Assembly: GCA_027859205.1 (NCBI GenBank)
Contig: JAQIBH010000040.1
Span: 1,825 to 65,824 of the forward strand
Origin: Bacteroidales bacterium
Lineage (GTDB): Bacteria > Bacteroidota > Bacteroidia > Bacteroidales > UBA12077
DNA: 64,000 nt
Reading direction: 5' to 3'
Numbering within the stretch: position 1 is the stretch's first letter; every line of letters starts with the position of its first letter. The position numbers and the translations under genes are program-made. Below are positions 37,564 to 48,071 of the stretch, in pieces. The notes beneath the pieces were generated by a model. That model saw nothing but the letters and a program-made list of their open reading frames with translations, made no database searches and was not told the DNA's origin.

Positions 37564-38697
37564 CTATCTAAAACTAATTCCCAGGCCAGCACTAGCAACA
37601 GAGTAATTTGCATAAGTATAATCAAAATTAAGAGTTACAACAGCAAACTTTAATCTAAAACCTGCATTAAAACGTGGTTTTGTTACGCTACCATCACTAC
37701 TTTCTATTTTTATATCAATTGGATCAACTAAAGCAGTTGTTTCATCAATTATAATTTGTGTACTTGAAGTAATGTCTACAAACTCTGGATATGGATAATT
37801 GCCATTTAATTGCAAAATTGCAGATGAAGAACTAATACCCACTCCACCATATATGCATATTATCTTAAAATCACCAGAAAAAATCACATTAGCTGTAATA
37901 TTACTTACATCCAATAAAAGTTCTTGATTATCGTAAAATCCAGGTAAATCTTGTACAATGTCCCCAGCATCTGTAATATTATCATAAAAGGACGGTTGCA
38001 CATTAAGCGCTGATGTTGATTTTAATTTAGTATACCCGCCCTGTACGGATAAATCAAATAAAGGAAGTTTATTAATCGCTGGAATCCATTGCTTTATACT
38101 ATGTTTTAATCCAATACCCCACAAACCAATTTTACTTCCATTTCCCCACTCTATATCCGGTGAATAACGAAATTGCAAATCAGTTTCTTTCACTAAACCA
38201 ACACCCAATTGTATCATTGGTGCAGGTGTATATCCAAACCCAGTACCTTTTGGCAAGTTAAATTGTGCAATTAGAACAGGCGCATCAAGAATATCTTGAT
38301 TGTAAGTTAGTTGTTGACCAGGATCATTTGAACCGGCAGCAGTGGAAGAATTTGCACCATCGATGGCTACATTTAATCCATTACTCGGATCACCAAGATT
38401 TAAATCTTCAGCATTATAACTTTTACCGGCCGTAGGAATTATTGCTAAATTAAAAGAAACACTAATATCAAATCCTCCAATTTTATGTGCTTTAGCAGTA
38501 TTATACCAGCCAGTGCTTAAACTAGCTCCAATTCCATTTGCATAAGGCGAAAGATAAGCCTCAAATATTTTTTCAGCATCATCTGTGCCTGCGGATAAAA
38601 CTTGCCCTAGTTGTCCAAATTGTGCGTAGGACGAAACGCTTAGTAGCAATGTTAAAGAGAATGTTAAAATTGTTAAAAGAAGCTTATTCCTTTTCAT
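37564..38697 (-). CDS. Hypothetical secreted / outer-membrane beta-barrel-like protein
   Basis: Signal peptide, alternating beta-strand pattern, C-terminal ...GLGISFR aromatic terminus. Confidence 0.5.
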   Translation of the reverse strand: MKRNKLLLTILTFSLTLLLSVSSYAQFGQLGQVLSAGTDDAEKIFEAYLSPYANGIGASLSTGWYNTAKAHKIGGFDISVSFNLAIIPTAGKSYNAEDLNLGDPSNGLNVAIDGANSSTAAGSNDPGQQLTYNQDILDAPVLIAQFNLPKGTGFGYTPAPMIQLGVGLVKETDLQFRYSPDIEWGNGSKIGLWGIGLKHSIKQWIPAINKLPLFDLSVQGGYTKLKSTSALNVQPSFYDNITDAGDIVQDLPGFYDNQELLLDVSNITANVIFSGDFKIICIYGGVGISSSSAILQLNGNYPYPEFVDITSSTQIIIDETTALVDPIDIKIESSDGSVTKPRFNAGFRLKFAVVTLNFDYTYANYSVASAGLGISFR

Positions 38698-38932
38698 AGA
38701 TTTATAATTTTAGATTATTAATATTGACTATTTTTGTGTTGTATTATATGAAGATGTAAAAAACACACTAAAGGTTTCATATAAATTTAAATTAAGTGAT
38801 TTATTGTTATTAAGGCTTGATAAAAATAGATAAAGCCTTTTAATTGTTCAACAATTTTCCTTAATTGTACGCTATTATTAAAAAAATGTTCACTTAATTT
38901 TTGATATCATTTAAACGCATAATTTAATTCAT

Positions 38933-40222
38933 ATGGCAATAAATCAACCATTAGCCGATAGAATGAGGCCTAAATCATTAAACGATTATTTAGGTCAGAA
39001 ACATTTAGTGGGAGAAAATGCAATTTTGCGTAAGGCCATTGAATCTGGGAATATTCCTTCGTTTATTCTTTGGGGCCCTCCCGGAGTAGGAAAAACCACT
39101 TTAGCTAAAATCATTGCTAATCAGCAAAACAGACCGTTTTTTACTTTAAGTGCAGTGCATTCCGGTGTAAAAGATGTTCGTGAAACAATTGCTAAAGCAA
39201 AAACTCAACAATTTTTTGATTCTCCTAACCCAATACTTTTCATCGATGAAATTCATCGTTTCAACAAATCACAACAAGATTCTTTATTATCTGCAGTGGA
39301 ACAAGGAACCATTATATTAATTGGTGCTACAACCGAAAATCCATCATTTGAGATAATATCTCCACTCCTTTCTCGCTCACAGGTATATATTCTTAAACCG
39401 CTTGAAAAAGAGGATTTAATTGAGCTTTTAAATAAATCATTAAAAGAAGATAATTACCTTAAGGAAATAAATGTTAAAATAAAAGAATATGAATCTCTCC
39501 TTCGATTTTCGGGTGGAGATGCTCGTAAACTTTATAATACGCTTGAGTTAGTTGTAAATACAGAAAAATCTAAATCCAAGAAGAAAATTACCATCACAAA
39601 TGAAATTGTTTTAGAAGTATTACAACAAAACATAGCTATTTATGATAAAAATGGAGAACAGCATTACGATATTATTTCTGCGTTTATAAAATCAATCCGT
39701 GGTAGTGATCCAAATGCAGCAGTTTATTGGCTTGCACGGATGATTGAAGGTGGAGAAGATCCAAAGTTTATAGCTCGTCGTTTACTCATATTAGCATCGG
39801 AAGATATTGGACTAGCAAATCCTAATGCACTTCTTTTAGCCAATAGTTGTTTTGATGCTGTAAATAAAATTGGTTGGCCGGAATCACGTATTATTTTATC
39901 ACAAGCCACAATATATTTAGCAACATCTGCAAAAAGCAATTCTGCATATCAAGCTATAAAAGATGCTCAAAGCCTGGTAAGAAAAACTGGGGACTTGCCT
40001 GTTCCATTGCATATTAGGAATGCTCCAACCAAATTAATGAAAGATATTGGATATGGTAAAGATTATAAATATGCTCATAGTTACGAAGGCAATTTTATTC
40101 AAGACAATTTTATGCCGGAACAAATAAAAGAAGATATTATTTATAAGCCTCAAGGTAATTCCAAGGAAATAGATATATTAAAACGTCTGCAAAATCAATG
40201 GAAAGGAAAATATAATTACTAA
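38933..40222 (+). CDS. rarA: Replication-associated recombination protein A (AAA+ ATPase)
   Basis: LADRMRPKSLNDYLGQKHL, GPPGVGKTT, FIDEIHRFNK, C-terminal MgsA domain (AVYWLARMIEGGEDP). Confidence 0.9.
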   Translation: MAINQPLADRMRPKSLNDYLGQKHLVGENAILRKAIESGNIPSFILWGPPGVGKTTLAKIIANQQNRPFFTLSAVHSGVKDVRETIAKAKTQQFFDSPNPILFIDEIHRFNKSQQDSLLSAVEQGTIILIGATTENPSFEIISPLLSRSQVYILKPLEKEDLIELLNKSLKEDNYLKEINVKIKEYESLLRFSGGDARKLYNTLELVVNTEKSKSKKKITITNEIVLEVLQQNIAIYDKNGEQHYDIISAFIKSIRGSDPNAAVYWLARMIEGGEDPKFIARRLLILASEDIGLANPNALLLANSCFDAVNKIGWPESRIILSQATIYLATSAKSNSAYQAIKDAQSLVRKTGDLPVPLHIRNAPTKLMKDIGYGKDYKYAHSYEGNFIQDNFMPEQIKEDIIYKPQGNSKEIDILKRLQNQWKGKYNY

Positions 40223-40250
40223 TTTTGGTTTGTAATTTTAAAAAAAAGAT

Positions 40251-41069
40251 ATGATAGAAAATATACCATTTATAAAAAATATAGATTCAAATAACTTTTT
40301 ATTGCTTGCCGGACCATGTGTTGTTGAAAGTGAAGAAAATGTTTTTGAAATTGCTGAAAAAATTATTGAAATAACCAACAAGTTACAAATACCTGTTGTG
40401 TTTAAAGCATCGTACAGAAAAGCAAACCGTTCAAGGTTAGATTCTTTTACGGGAATAGGTGATATTCAAGCATTACGTATTCTGGGGAAGGTTCGTGATC
40501 AGCTAAAAGTTCCTATTGTAACTGATATTCATACAGAAGAAGAAGCCTTTGTTGCAGCTGAATATGTTGATATTTTGCAGATTCCTGCTTTTTTATGCCG
40601 TCAAACAAATTTATTAGTTGCAGCAGCTAAAACAGGAAAAGTAGTTAATATAAAGAAAGGTCAGTTTTTGGCGCCTGCATCCATGAAATTTGCAGCTGAT
40701 AAGGTATTAGAAGCAGGTAATAAAAATGTTATGATTACAGACCGCGGAACAATGTTTGGTTACCAGGACATGATAATTGATTATAGAGGCATTCCTGAAA
40801 TGAAAAAATTTGGTCATCCTGTTATTTTAGACATTACACATAGTTTGCAACAACCAAATCAATCGTCGGGTGTAACCGGAGGTAAACCTGAATTAATTGA
40901 GACAGTAGCTCGTGCAGGAATTGCAGTTGGTGCCGATGGTATTTTTATTGAAACACACCCGGATCCTGCTAATGCAAAATCCGATGGTGCTAATATGCTT
41001 AATTTAAATTATTTAGAGAATTTACTTAACAACTTAGTTGAGATTCGGAAGACAATAAATAAGTTTTAG
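40251..41069 (+). CDS. kdsA: 3-deoxy-8-phosphooctulonate (KDO-8-P) synthase
   Basis: LLAGPCVVESEE, FKASYRKANRS, LQIPAFLCRQT, ILDITHSLQ. Confidence 0.92.
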   Translation: MIENIPFIKNIDSNNFLLLAGPCVVESEENVFEIAEKIIEITNKLQIPVVFKASYRKANRSRLDSFTGIGDIQALRILGKVRDQLKVPIVTDIHTEEEAFVAAEYVDILQIPAFLCRQTNLLVAAAKTGKVVNIKKGQFLAPASMKFAADKVLEAGNKNVMITDRGTMFGYQDMIIDYRGIPEMKKFGHPVILDITHSLQQPNQSSGVTGGKPELIETVARAGIAVGADGIFIETHPDPANAKSDGANMLNLNYLENLLNNLVEIRKTINKF

Positions 41070-41202
41070 TCTTTATAGTTTGGTACTGGATTAACAAGAT
41101 AGTAGTATTGAGATTTGAGTATTGAGACTAATCAATTCCTGGAATATCTTTTCAGAACGGTTTACATTATCTGTTGATGGCTTATTAGGTTTTGTGCTGT
41201 TT

Positions 41203-41553
41203 TCAGTTTTCGGATTCCAAAATTTCTTTTATTTGATTCAGGTTTTCTGGCAAATAGGTTGATATAATATCCCAAACAATTTCATAATCGACTCCAAAAT
41301 ACTCATGAATAGTTTTATTTCTCATTCGATACATTTCATCCCAAGGAACTGAAGAATATTTTTCTCTTATATTTTTAGGAATTTTATTAGAAGCTTCTCC
41401 AATTATTTCAAGGTTTCGAATTACTGCATCAACTGTCTTATCATCGTTTTTAAACTTTTCAATATCATACGAATTTGTATATCTAAGTATCTTCGTTATT
41501 GATTCAACAATATCTTCTAGAAAAAGTATAAAAGTTCTTTCCGCCTTTTTCAC
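41203..41553 (-). CDS. hepT: HepT-like (DUF86, HEPN) toxin
   Basis: RNKTIHEY contains the R-x4-H HEPN motif. ~116 aa. It overlaps the upstream nucleotidyltransferase gene by 4 nt. Confidence 0.8.
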   Translation of the reverse strand: MKKAERTFILFLEDIVESITKILRYTNSYDIEKFKNDDKTVDAVIRNLEIIGEASNKIPKNIREKYSSVPWDEMYRMRNKTIHEYFGVDYEIVWDIISTYLPENLNQIKEILESEN

Positions 41554-41840
41554 AAAAATAATGTTTGATTTATAATTCTATCTTTTAATTGCCTCTTTAA
41601 AGCTTTTCTCGTCACAAGATCCACTTTCCTTTTAAAAATATCTTCAAGATACTTTTCTAAAGTGAAAAATTTCCAACCTACCGGTTTTTTAAATTCAACA
41701 AGAATATCAATATCACTATCTTCATTCTGCTTATTATCAGAATATGAACCAAATAAACCAATCTCCTTTACATTAAATTCTTCAGATAGAGTTGGCTTTA
41801 ATTCACTTAATATATCTAATATTTCATTCTTTGACAACAT
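41550..41840 (-). CDS. mntA: MntA-like minimal nucleotidyltransferase antitoxin
   Basis: GLFGSYSDNKQNEDSDIDILV (G-S...D-x-D polymerase-beta-type NTase motif). The ATG at 41840 is preferred over the TTG at 41855. Confidence 0.8.
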   Translation of the reverse strand: MLSKNEILDILSELKPTLSEEFNVKEIGLFGSYSDNKQNEDSDIDILVEFKKPVGWKFFTLEKYLEDIFKRKVDLVTRKALKRQLKDRIINQTLFL

Positions 41841-41978
41841 GTGAGCAATATACAAAAAATTGTTTATATACTTATTTCTGGCATTAAAAAATGCATTAAA
41901 ACTAGCTAATTCTTATATGCCAAAACCGATTATTGTCATTAAATAATCTTTTAACTAATAAAATCATTCTAAATGATT

Positions 41979-44573
41979 TTATGCCAAGTATTTATCAAGC
42001 TTTATTAAAAACTGATTTAGTGAAATTGGTTTTGAAATATAATCGTCACAACCGGCATCGAAACATTTGTAACTATCTTGAGGCAATGCGTAAGCTGTTT
42101 GTGCAACGATTGGAATATTAGAAGTTATCTGCTTAATTTGTCTTGCGCACTCGTATCCATCCATTACCGGCATTTGTATATCTAAAAGAATTAGATCAAT
42201 TTTAATCTTATTTTCGACATGACTTAAAGCCTCTTTCCCGTTTTTAGCCCAAATAATATCAACATTTGTAATACTTAAAGTCTCCTTTACCAAGTCATAG
42301 TTTATTCTTTTATCTTCAGCAAGAAGAATTACTTTATTTTTCCAGTCAAACTGCCTTGGTTGAGTTTCCGAATCAGCAATTTGTTCAAGAGTTTTTGATG
42401 GTAAGCTAAAAAAGAATGTAGTTCCTTTGCCAACAGTAGATTCAAAATAAATACTACCATTTAATAATCCAACTAAATTTTTTGCCACAGATAAACCTAT
42501 TCCTGCTCCCTTATATTCTTTAGTTGAACTTTCATCTACTTGTCTAAATCGTTCAAAAATAATATCAGAATAATCTTCATCGATTCCCACACCCGTATCC
42601 TTTACAAAAAACTGTATTTCATTTTTATTTGGATGTACAAAACCAAACTCTACATGCCCACTTTTAGTGAATTTTATAGCATTATCTATTAATATTGAAA
42701 GTATCTGTTTAAGTCTTACTGCATCAGTTATTAAAGTAGTATCAATATCCCGATTTTCATTTGCATATGACAATATTAAATTTGTTTTATCCAATTTCAC
42801 AAGTTCATTTGTAAAATGATCATGTAAAAACTCTAATATTGGATGCGGATTAAATTCTTTTTTCTCAACTTTTGCCTGACCAGATTCTATAGTTGCAAAA
42901 GCAACAATGTCATCAATTAAGTTTGTAAGACTACTGCATCCTTCATGAACTAAATTTATATATTCGTTTCTTTTACTAATACTAAGGTTATTTCGGGATA
43001 ACATTTGAGAAAACCCGGTAATTGAATTCATTGGTTTACGAACTTCGTGCGAAATATTTGTTAAAAAATTTGTCTTCAATCTATCGGCCTCTTCTGCTTT
43101 ATTTTTAGCAATTTCAAGGTTTTTCATCGTAGATTTATGCTCTTCAATTTCCTTAATTAGCTTATTATTTGAGCTTTCCAAATCAATTGTGCGTTCAGCA
43201 ACTCTATCCTCAAGCTCATTCTTTATATTATTTAGTTGAGCCTCGGTTTTTCTTTTTTCTTTAATTTCATTTTGAAATTTTTCAGACAGCGTTTTCTGTT
43301 TCCTTGCAAATAGGAATAATACAAAAGTTGTAACAATTCCCAGTAATGAACTTAATATTAATATAAGATTTTGAGTTTCCTTTTTCTTTAATCTGGAATC
43401 TTGTAATTCCTGATCTAATTTCATGAATGCTATTTCTTTATCATGCTGTGCTGATTGAAACTGCGCTTCTATTTCACCAATTTGTTTATGTTTTTCTTCA
43501 TTAAACAAAGAATCTTTTATAGTAGCATATTTTTTATAATTATCTAATGCCAAAGAGTATTTGCCCGACTCCTCGTATAGTCCGGATAGTGCCTCATAAT
43601 TATAAGAAATATAATCGTTCATTGGTAATTCAATAGAGAGATTTAAGCCTTTAATAAAATATTCCTTTGATTTCGAGTAGTTTTTTATATTTCGATATAA
43701 TGAGCCTAAATTATAAAATATATACACTAAGCTAGATTTAGACTCAATTTCTTCAAAAATAATAAGGGCTTTTTGATAATAATCTAAAGCCTTATCGTAA
43801 TTTTCACATTCTTCGTAAACCAAACCAATATTGCTTAAAGAAATGGCCACATTTTGTTTTTCTTGAAGCTCCTCATAAACAACTAAAGATTTTTCATAAA
43901 ACTCCAGAGACTGATCATAATTACCCCAATTATAATGCAATACACCTATATTTTGATATATAGCAGCAATTCTCTCTTCGTTATTTGTTTGTTTATATAT
44001 TTCCAATGCTTTTTCATAGTAATTTTGTGCTGTAGAATATTCCTGCAAATCATTATACAAAGTACCAATATCATGGTAACATAAAGCTGCTTTTTCATTG
44101 TTCCCAATTAATTCGGCTACTTCAATCTGTTTTTGATAATAACTTAAAGCAGCATCATAATTATTAATAAACTGATTTACAAGACCAAGACTATGGTAAA
44201 CTTCTATTATTTGGTTCTTATTATCTAATGAAAGGTATAAAGTGAGTGCTTTATTCAAATACTTTTCTGAATTTTCAAAATTATCATTTTTTAAATAATA
44301 ATTACCTAAATAGTAATTTGAAAATGCCTCAGAGTTATCATTATTTAGCGATTCAGAGAGTTTTAAAAGCTCTTCTGAATATTTTAATACTATATCTAAA
44401 TGATCCGGGTAACTTAATTCTATAATATCTTTATAAACAGAAATCTTCAATTTTGATTCACTAATATCTTGAATATTTTGTTCAAGTCTAAATAGTTCGA
44501 TTTCATAAGTATCTTCTTGGGCAAAAGAAAATAAAAAACACATTATTAAAAAAGTGCTAAATAAACCTCTCAT
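41979..44573 (-). CDS. Hybrid sensor histidine kinase with N-terminal TPR array and C-terminal receiver domain
   Basis: ~9 TPR-like units, one TM helix, coiled coil, H-box FLTNISHEVRKPMN, N/G boxes (DNAIKFT, DTGVGI, GAGIGL), and receiver (ILLAEDKRINY...ILLDIQMPVMDG). Confidence 0.85.
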   Translation of the reverse strand: MRGLFSTFLIMCFLFSFAQEDTYEIELFRLEQNIQDISESKLKISVYKDIIELSYPDHLDIVLKYSEELLKLSESLNNDNSEAFSNYYLGNYYLKNDNFENSEKYLNKALTLYLSLDNKNQIIEVYHSLGLVNQFINNYDAALSYYQKQIEVAELIGNNEKAALCYHDIGTLYNDLQEYSTAQNYYEKALEIYKQTNNEERIAAIYQNIGVLHYNWGNYDQSLEFYEKSLVVYEELQEKQNVAISLSNIGLVYEECENYDKALDYYQKALIIFEEIESKSSLVYIFYNLGSLYRNIKNYSKSKEYFIKGLNLSIELPMNDYISYNYEALSGLYEESGKYSLALDNYKKYATIKDSLFNEEKHKQIGEIEAQFQSAQHDKEIAFMKLDQELQDSRLKKKETQNLILILSSLLGIVTTFVLFLFARKQKTLSEKFQNEIKEKRKTEAQLNNIKNELEDRVAERTIDLESSNNKLIKEIEEHKSTMKNLEIAKNKAEEADRLKTNFLTNISHEVRKPMNSITGFSQMLSRNNLSISKRNEYINLVHEGCSSLTNLIDDIVAFATIESGQAKVEKKEFNPHPILEFLHDHFTNELVKLDKTNLILSYANENRDIDTTLITDAVRLKQILSILIDNAIKFTKSGHVEFGFVHPNKNEIQFFVKDTGVGIDEDYSDIIFERFRQVDESSTKEYKGAGIGLSVAKNLVGLLNGSIYFESTVGKGTTFFFSLPSKTLEQIADSETQPRQFDWKNKVILLAEDKRINYDLVKETLSITNVDIIWAKNGKEALSHVENKIKIDLILLDIQMPVMDGYECARQIKQITSNIPIVAQTAYALPQDSYKCFDAGCDDYISKPISLNQFLIKLDKYLA

Positions 44574-44662
44574 AAATATTGATTTTTTATGTAGAGTTTA
44601 AATATACAATAAATTAGGAAATAGTTGCAGAATTCATTTTAGATATTTGAAGAATTACTATG

Positions 44663-45046
44663 CTACTCAATATCGAAAAAGGCTATAATAGCACCAATAT
44701 AATATTCATTCCAGCCTTCAACAATATTTTCATAATTTTCGTCCGGGATATTTGTATGAATTACTTCTAGCTGAGTTCCTCTTTTATTTTCAAAGATTTT
44801 TAAAGTAACAATTGATTTTTCAGATTGATCCCCAAAATACCATTCTTGTACAATTTTCGTGTTAGAAATTATCTCAAGGTTTTTACCTGTGATATCGCCT
44901 TCCCAGAGCGAAAATTCCGTTCCTACTTCAGTATTCATTGTTGCCGGAAATCCAGACCACAATTCTATTGTAAATGGATTTGTAAGAGCATAAAAAACTT
45001 CTTCAGGCTCAGCATGAATAACAAAATACTTTTTAAAATCTTTCAT
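44663..45046 (-). CDS. SRPBCC/AHSA1-fold small protein
   Basis: 127 aa with the pattern ...PEEVFYALTNPFTIELWSG...GTQLEVIHTNIP... typical of Aha1-like START-fold proteins. Confidence 0.65.
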   Translation of the reverse strand: MKDFKKYFVIHAEPEEVFYALTNPFTIELWSGFPATMNTEVGTEFSLWEGDITGKNLEIISNTKIVQEWYFGDQSEKSIVTLKIFENKRGTQLEVIHTNIPDENYENIVEGWNEYYIGAIIAFFDIE

Positions 45047-45049
45047 TCA

Positions 45050-46681
45050 TTAAATTCTTTTTAACTCAACATTGTATAACGACACAGAAATTGACTGGTT
45101 ATTTTTAAAATAGAAAACACCGCCCCATTTATGCTTTACTTTAAGAAATATTCTAACAACATCATTATCAATAGCGATCGTACGAGTAATATGCATACCA
45201 AATTTTTCAAATTCCTCAACTGTTTTTCCTTTTGGATAATCTCTTTTAACCTCAGAAAATTCTTTAGCTGTCTTTTTTGCTAAAACATTAATTTTACGTT
45301 GTTCAATATCTTTTCTTAAACTCTTTTGTTTATCAATTTCAGCTTGCACCTGTGCAGCTTCTTCAGCTTTATTACGTTCATCAGATAATCGTCTCTCTTC
45401 GGCAAGTCTTGCTTGTTTCTGCACTTCAAGCAAAGCAGAATTTGCTTCTTCTTCTTTCTTCCGTATTTCTGATTCCTCTTTTAATAGAGCCATTTGCCTC
45501 TCATGTTCTTGAGCTTCACGCAATGCTTTTTCTTCGGCAGCTTTTTTAAGTGAATCGGCTTCAGCTTTGTACCTTGCCTCATTAGCAGCCCTTAATCTTG
45601 CTTCTTCTTCAGCTTCATTTTTAGCACGTTCTTCAGCAACTATTCTTTGTTGTTCTTTTATACGTTCTTTTTCAAGCAAATCTGCTTGCTTTTTAGCGTT
45701 ATCTTCTTGTTTACGCCTTTCAGTGTCTGCTTGTTGTTGGGCCAAAAATATTGCTTTGCGTTCAGCTTCTATTTTTGCTGCTTCTTCAGTAGCTTTCTTT
45801 CTTGCTTCTGCATCTGCTTTAATTTTAGCTTCTAATGCTGCCCTTTTCCTGGCTTCCTCTTCGGCTTTAATTTTAGCCCTTTCTTCTGCTTGAATGCGTT
45901 GTTGATCAGCTATACGTTGTTTTTCTAACAATTCTGCTTGCAATCGTGCTTCTTCTTCTTGTTTTCTACGCAATGCATTTTCTTCTTGCTGTTTTCGTAA
46001 ATTTTCCTTTTCTAATTCTGATTGTATTATTGCTTGTTCTATGGCTTTTTTCCGTGCTTCGGCAATCGCTTTTTGTTCTTCATACTGTTTTAAACGCTCA
46101 GCTACTTCCGCTGCTTTTTTAGCTGCTATCACTGCTCTTTGTTCCTCAATAGCTTTTTGACGCTGTTCCTCCAGATAATCTTTGTGAGCTTGCGCTAAAT
46201 CTTTTTCAGCTTGAGCAATCTTATTTCTGACCTCAGTTGAATAATCAACATCATAATCAAAATCCCCTATTTGTGTATAAAACTTGATTATCCCTACTGG
46301 TTGAGAAAAAATCACTGTATTAACTCCCTCGTACTGTTGTGGAAGGTCTACCGCAAAATATATCGGTGTAAAAGCCTTATCCCGATATTTTTCAGGAACA
46401 TCAGTATTTATGCTTATTTTCTTTGATACATAACCAGCCTGCGAAAACTCGAAAATATAATCCTTATTTATTTGAAGATCAATACTAAATTTGCCTGATC
46501 TATCTAATGCCATTGACTGAATTAAACTCCCAGCTTCGTATAATTTAATCTTTCCTTCTTTCGCACTGCCTCCTTCTTTTAAAGCCAATCTACCTTTTAC
46601 TTCAAGATTATTTTGCGAAAAAATATTATTTGAAAGTAAACTAAATAATATCGTAACTGAAAGTAAAAATAATTTTCTCAT
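45050..46681 (-). CDS. Secreted protein with an N-terminal beta-sandwich-like domain, a ~270-aa K/E/A/R-rich coiled coil with internal duplication, and a small C-terminal domain
   Basis: Signal peptide. GRLALKEGGSAKEGKIKLYEAGSLIQ (CarboxypepD_reg-like pattern). Two related units (...LLEKQRIADQQRIQAEERAKIKAEEEARKRAALEAKIKADAEARKKATEEA... and ...LLEKERIKEQQRIVAEERAKNEAEEEARLRAANEARYKAEADSLKKAAEEK...). Confidence 0.6.
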   Translation of the reverse strand: MRKLFLLSVTILFSLLSNNIFSQNNLEVKGRLALKEGGSAKEGKIKLYEAGSLIQSMALDRSGKFSIDLQINKDYIFEFSQAGYVSKKISINTDVPEKYRDKAFTPIYFAVDLPQQYEGVNTVIFSQPVGIIKFYTQIGDFDYDVDYSTEVRNKIAQAEKDLAQAHKDYLEEQRQKAIEEQRAVIAAKKAAEVAERLKQYEEQKAIAEARKKAIEQAIIQSELEKENLRKQQEENALRRKQEEEARLQAELLEKQRIADQQRIQAEERAKIKAEEEARKRAALEAKIKADAEARKKATEEAAKIEAERKAIFLAQQQADTERRKQEDNAKKQADLLEKERIKEQQRIVAEERAKNEAEEEARLRAANEARYKAEADSLKKAAEEKALREAQEHERQMALLKEESEIRKKEEEANSALLEVQKQARLAEERRLSDERNKAEEAAQVQAEIDKQKSLRKDIEQRKINVLAKKTAKEFSEVKRDYPKGKTVEEFEKFGMHITRTIAIDNDVVRIFLKVKHKWGGVFYFKNNQSISVSLYNVELKRI

Positions 46682-46703
46682 TAATTCATAATCTTTTAAT
46701 TGA

Positions 46704-47918
46704 CTAATCTTTATATAAAGGAACTGTAAACATAAACTGAGTTCCTTCTCCTTCCTCGCTTTTTACAATTATTGTACCACCATTTTTTTCTACAAATTCT
46801 GAAGATATAATTAATCCCAGACCTGTACCTGTCTCTTCTTTAGTACCTTGAGTTGAAATATTTGAATCAATTTTAAAAATCTTATCAATACTATTTTTTG
46901 GTATTCCAACACCAGAATCAATAACACTTATTTCGATAAAATCCTTATTAACTTTAGCTTCTAATGATATGATATCATTAGAATTTGTAAATTTTATAGA
47001 ATTAGATATTAAATTTCGTAAAACAGTAGTAATCATATTTCTATCTATAAAAGCATACAGATCTGAAGTAATTTTAGATTCTAAGATTACACCTTTCTTT
47101 TCAGCAATTTCTAGAAAAATATCCGTATTTTCTCTGGCCAAATCAAAAATGTTTATTTTTTCTAATTTAACTTCCATTTTGCCAGTTTGTGATCTAGCCC
47201 ATTGGAGTAAATCTTCGAGTAAATTATAAGCATTAGTTGAAAATATATAAATCTGATTAATGAATTCCTTTATTTTTTTCGAATCATAGGATTCATATCT
47301 TTCAATTAATAATTCTGATAAACCTATAACTGTATTAAATGGATTTTTTAAGTCGTGAGCTATAATGGTAAAGAATTTATCTTTTGTAGCATTCAACTCT
47401 TCAAGTTCCTTTTTTTGATTATCAAGTATGTCTCTTTGATGTGCAATTTTGATAGTGTTTTGCGCCAACTTTTCCTCGGATATATTATTGTTTCTTAATC
47501 TCTTAATCAAAGCCTTTAATACTGCTCTTGAAACATCGGGATTATCATCCATTATTTTTTGAAACTCAATTTGATCTAAACACAGTAAATGAGTATTTTC
47601 AGTAGCAGTTACAGTGGCTGATCGAACAGATGAATCAATTAATGAATATTCGCCGAAAAAATCCTTCTCTTTGAGCTGAGCAAATATGTGACCCTCATCA
47701 TGAACCTTTACATTCCCATTCACAATAATATACATGGCATTTTGCTGATCTCCTTTATGAAAAATGGCTTGGTCTTTTACTATAAAAACATCTAACAAAG
47801 AAGAAGCAAGACGTTTAAGTATATTTTTGTTAGATTCTGAAAATATAATTACGTCCTTTAAAATATCAATTCTTTCTTTAATGCTATTGGAATTTTTCTC
47901 TTTTATATTTAATACCAT
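46704..47918 (-). CDS. Cyclic-nucleotide-binding-domain sensor histidine kinase
   Basis: cNMP-binding beta-roll (FFGEYSLIDSSVRSATVTA), H-box FFTIIAHDLKNPFN, and ATPase boxes (SNSIKFT, DSGVGI, GTGLGL). Confidence 0.8.
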   Translation of the reverse strand: MVLNIKEKNSNSIKERIDILKDVIIFSESNKNILKRLASSLLDVFIVKDQAIFHKGDQQNAMYIIVNGNVKVHDEGHIFAQLKEKDFFGEYSLIDSSVRSATVTATENTHLLCLDQIEFQKIMDDNPDVSRAVLKALIKRLRNNNISEEKLAQNTIKIAHQRDILDNQKKELEELNATKDKFFTIIAHDLKNPFNTVIGLSELLIERYESYDSKKIKEFINQIYIFSTNAYNLLEDLLQWARSQTGKMEVKLEKINIFDLARENTDIFLEIAEKKGVILESKITSDLYAFIDRNMITTVLRNLISNSIKFTNSNDIISLEAKVNKDFIEISVIDSGVGIPKNSIDKIFKIDSNISTQGTKEETGTGLGLIISSEFVEKNGGTIIVKSEEGEGTQFMFTVPLYKD

Positions 47919-48071
47919 AATTTCTCAACGCTTTGAATATAATACTACAACTACGAAATTTAACATTACATAGTTGCAATATAATTCTAAACAAATATAA
48001 CAATTAATATAAATAATTTTTGGAATATAAACGGATTAAATAAAAATCTAAAATTTCAAACTATAGGGATT

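Noticed and set aside
45352-45893. Plus-strand ORFs 45352..45549, 45567..45893 and 45647..45835 (Ala/Ser/Leu- or Phe/Cys-rich)
   Set aside because: They are mirror images of the K/E/A-rich coiled-coil coding repeats on the minus strand. Their composition is an artefact of that repeat.
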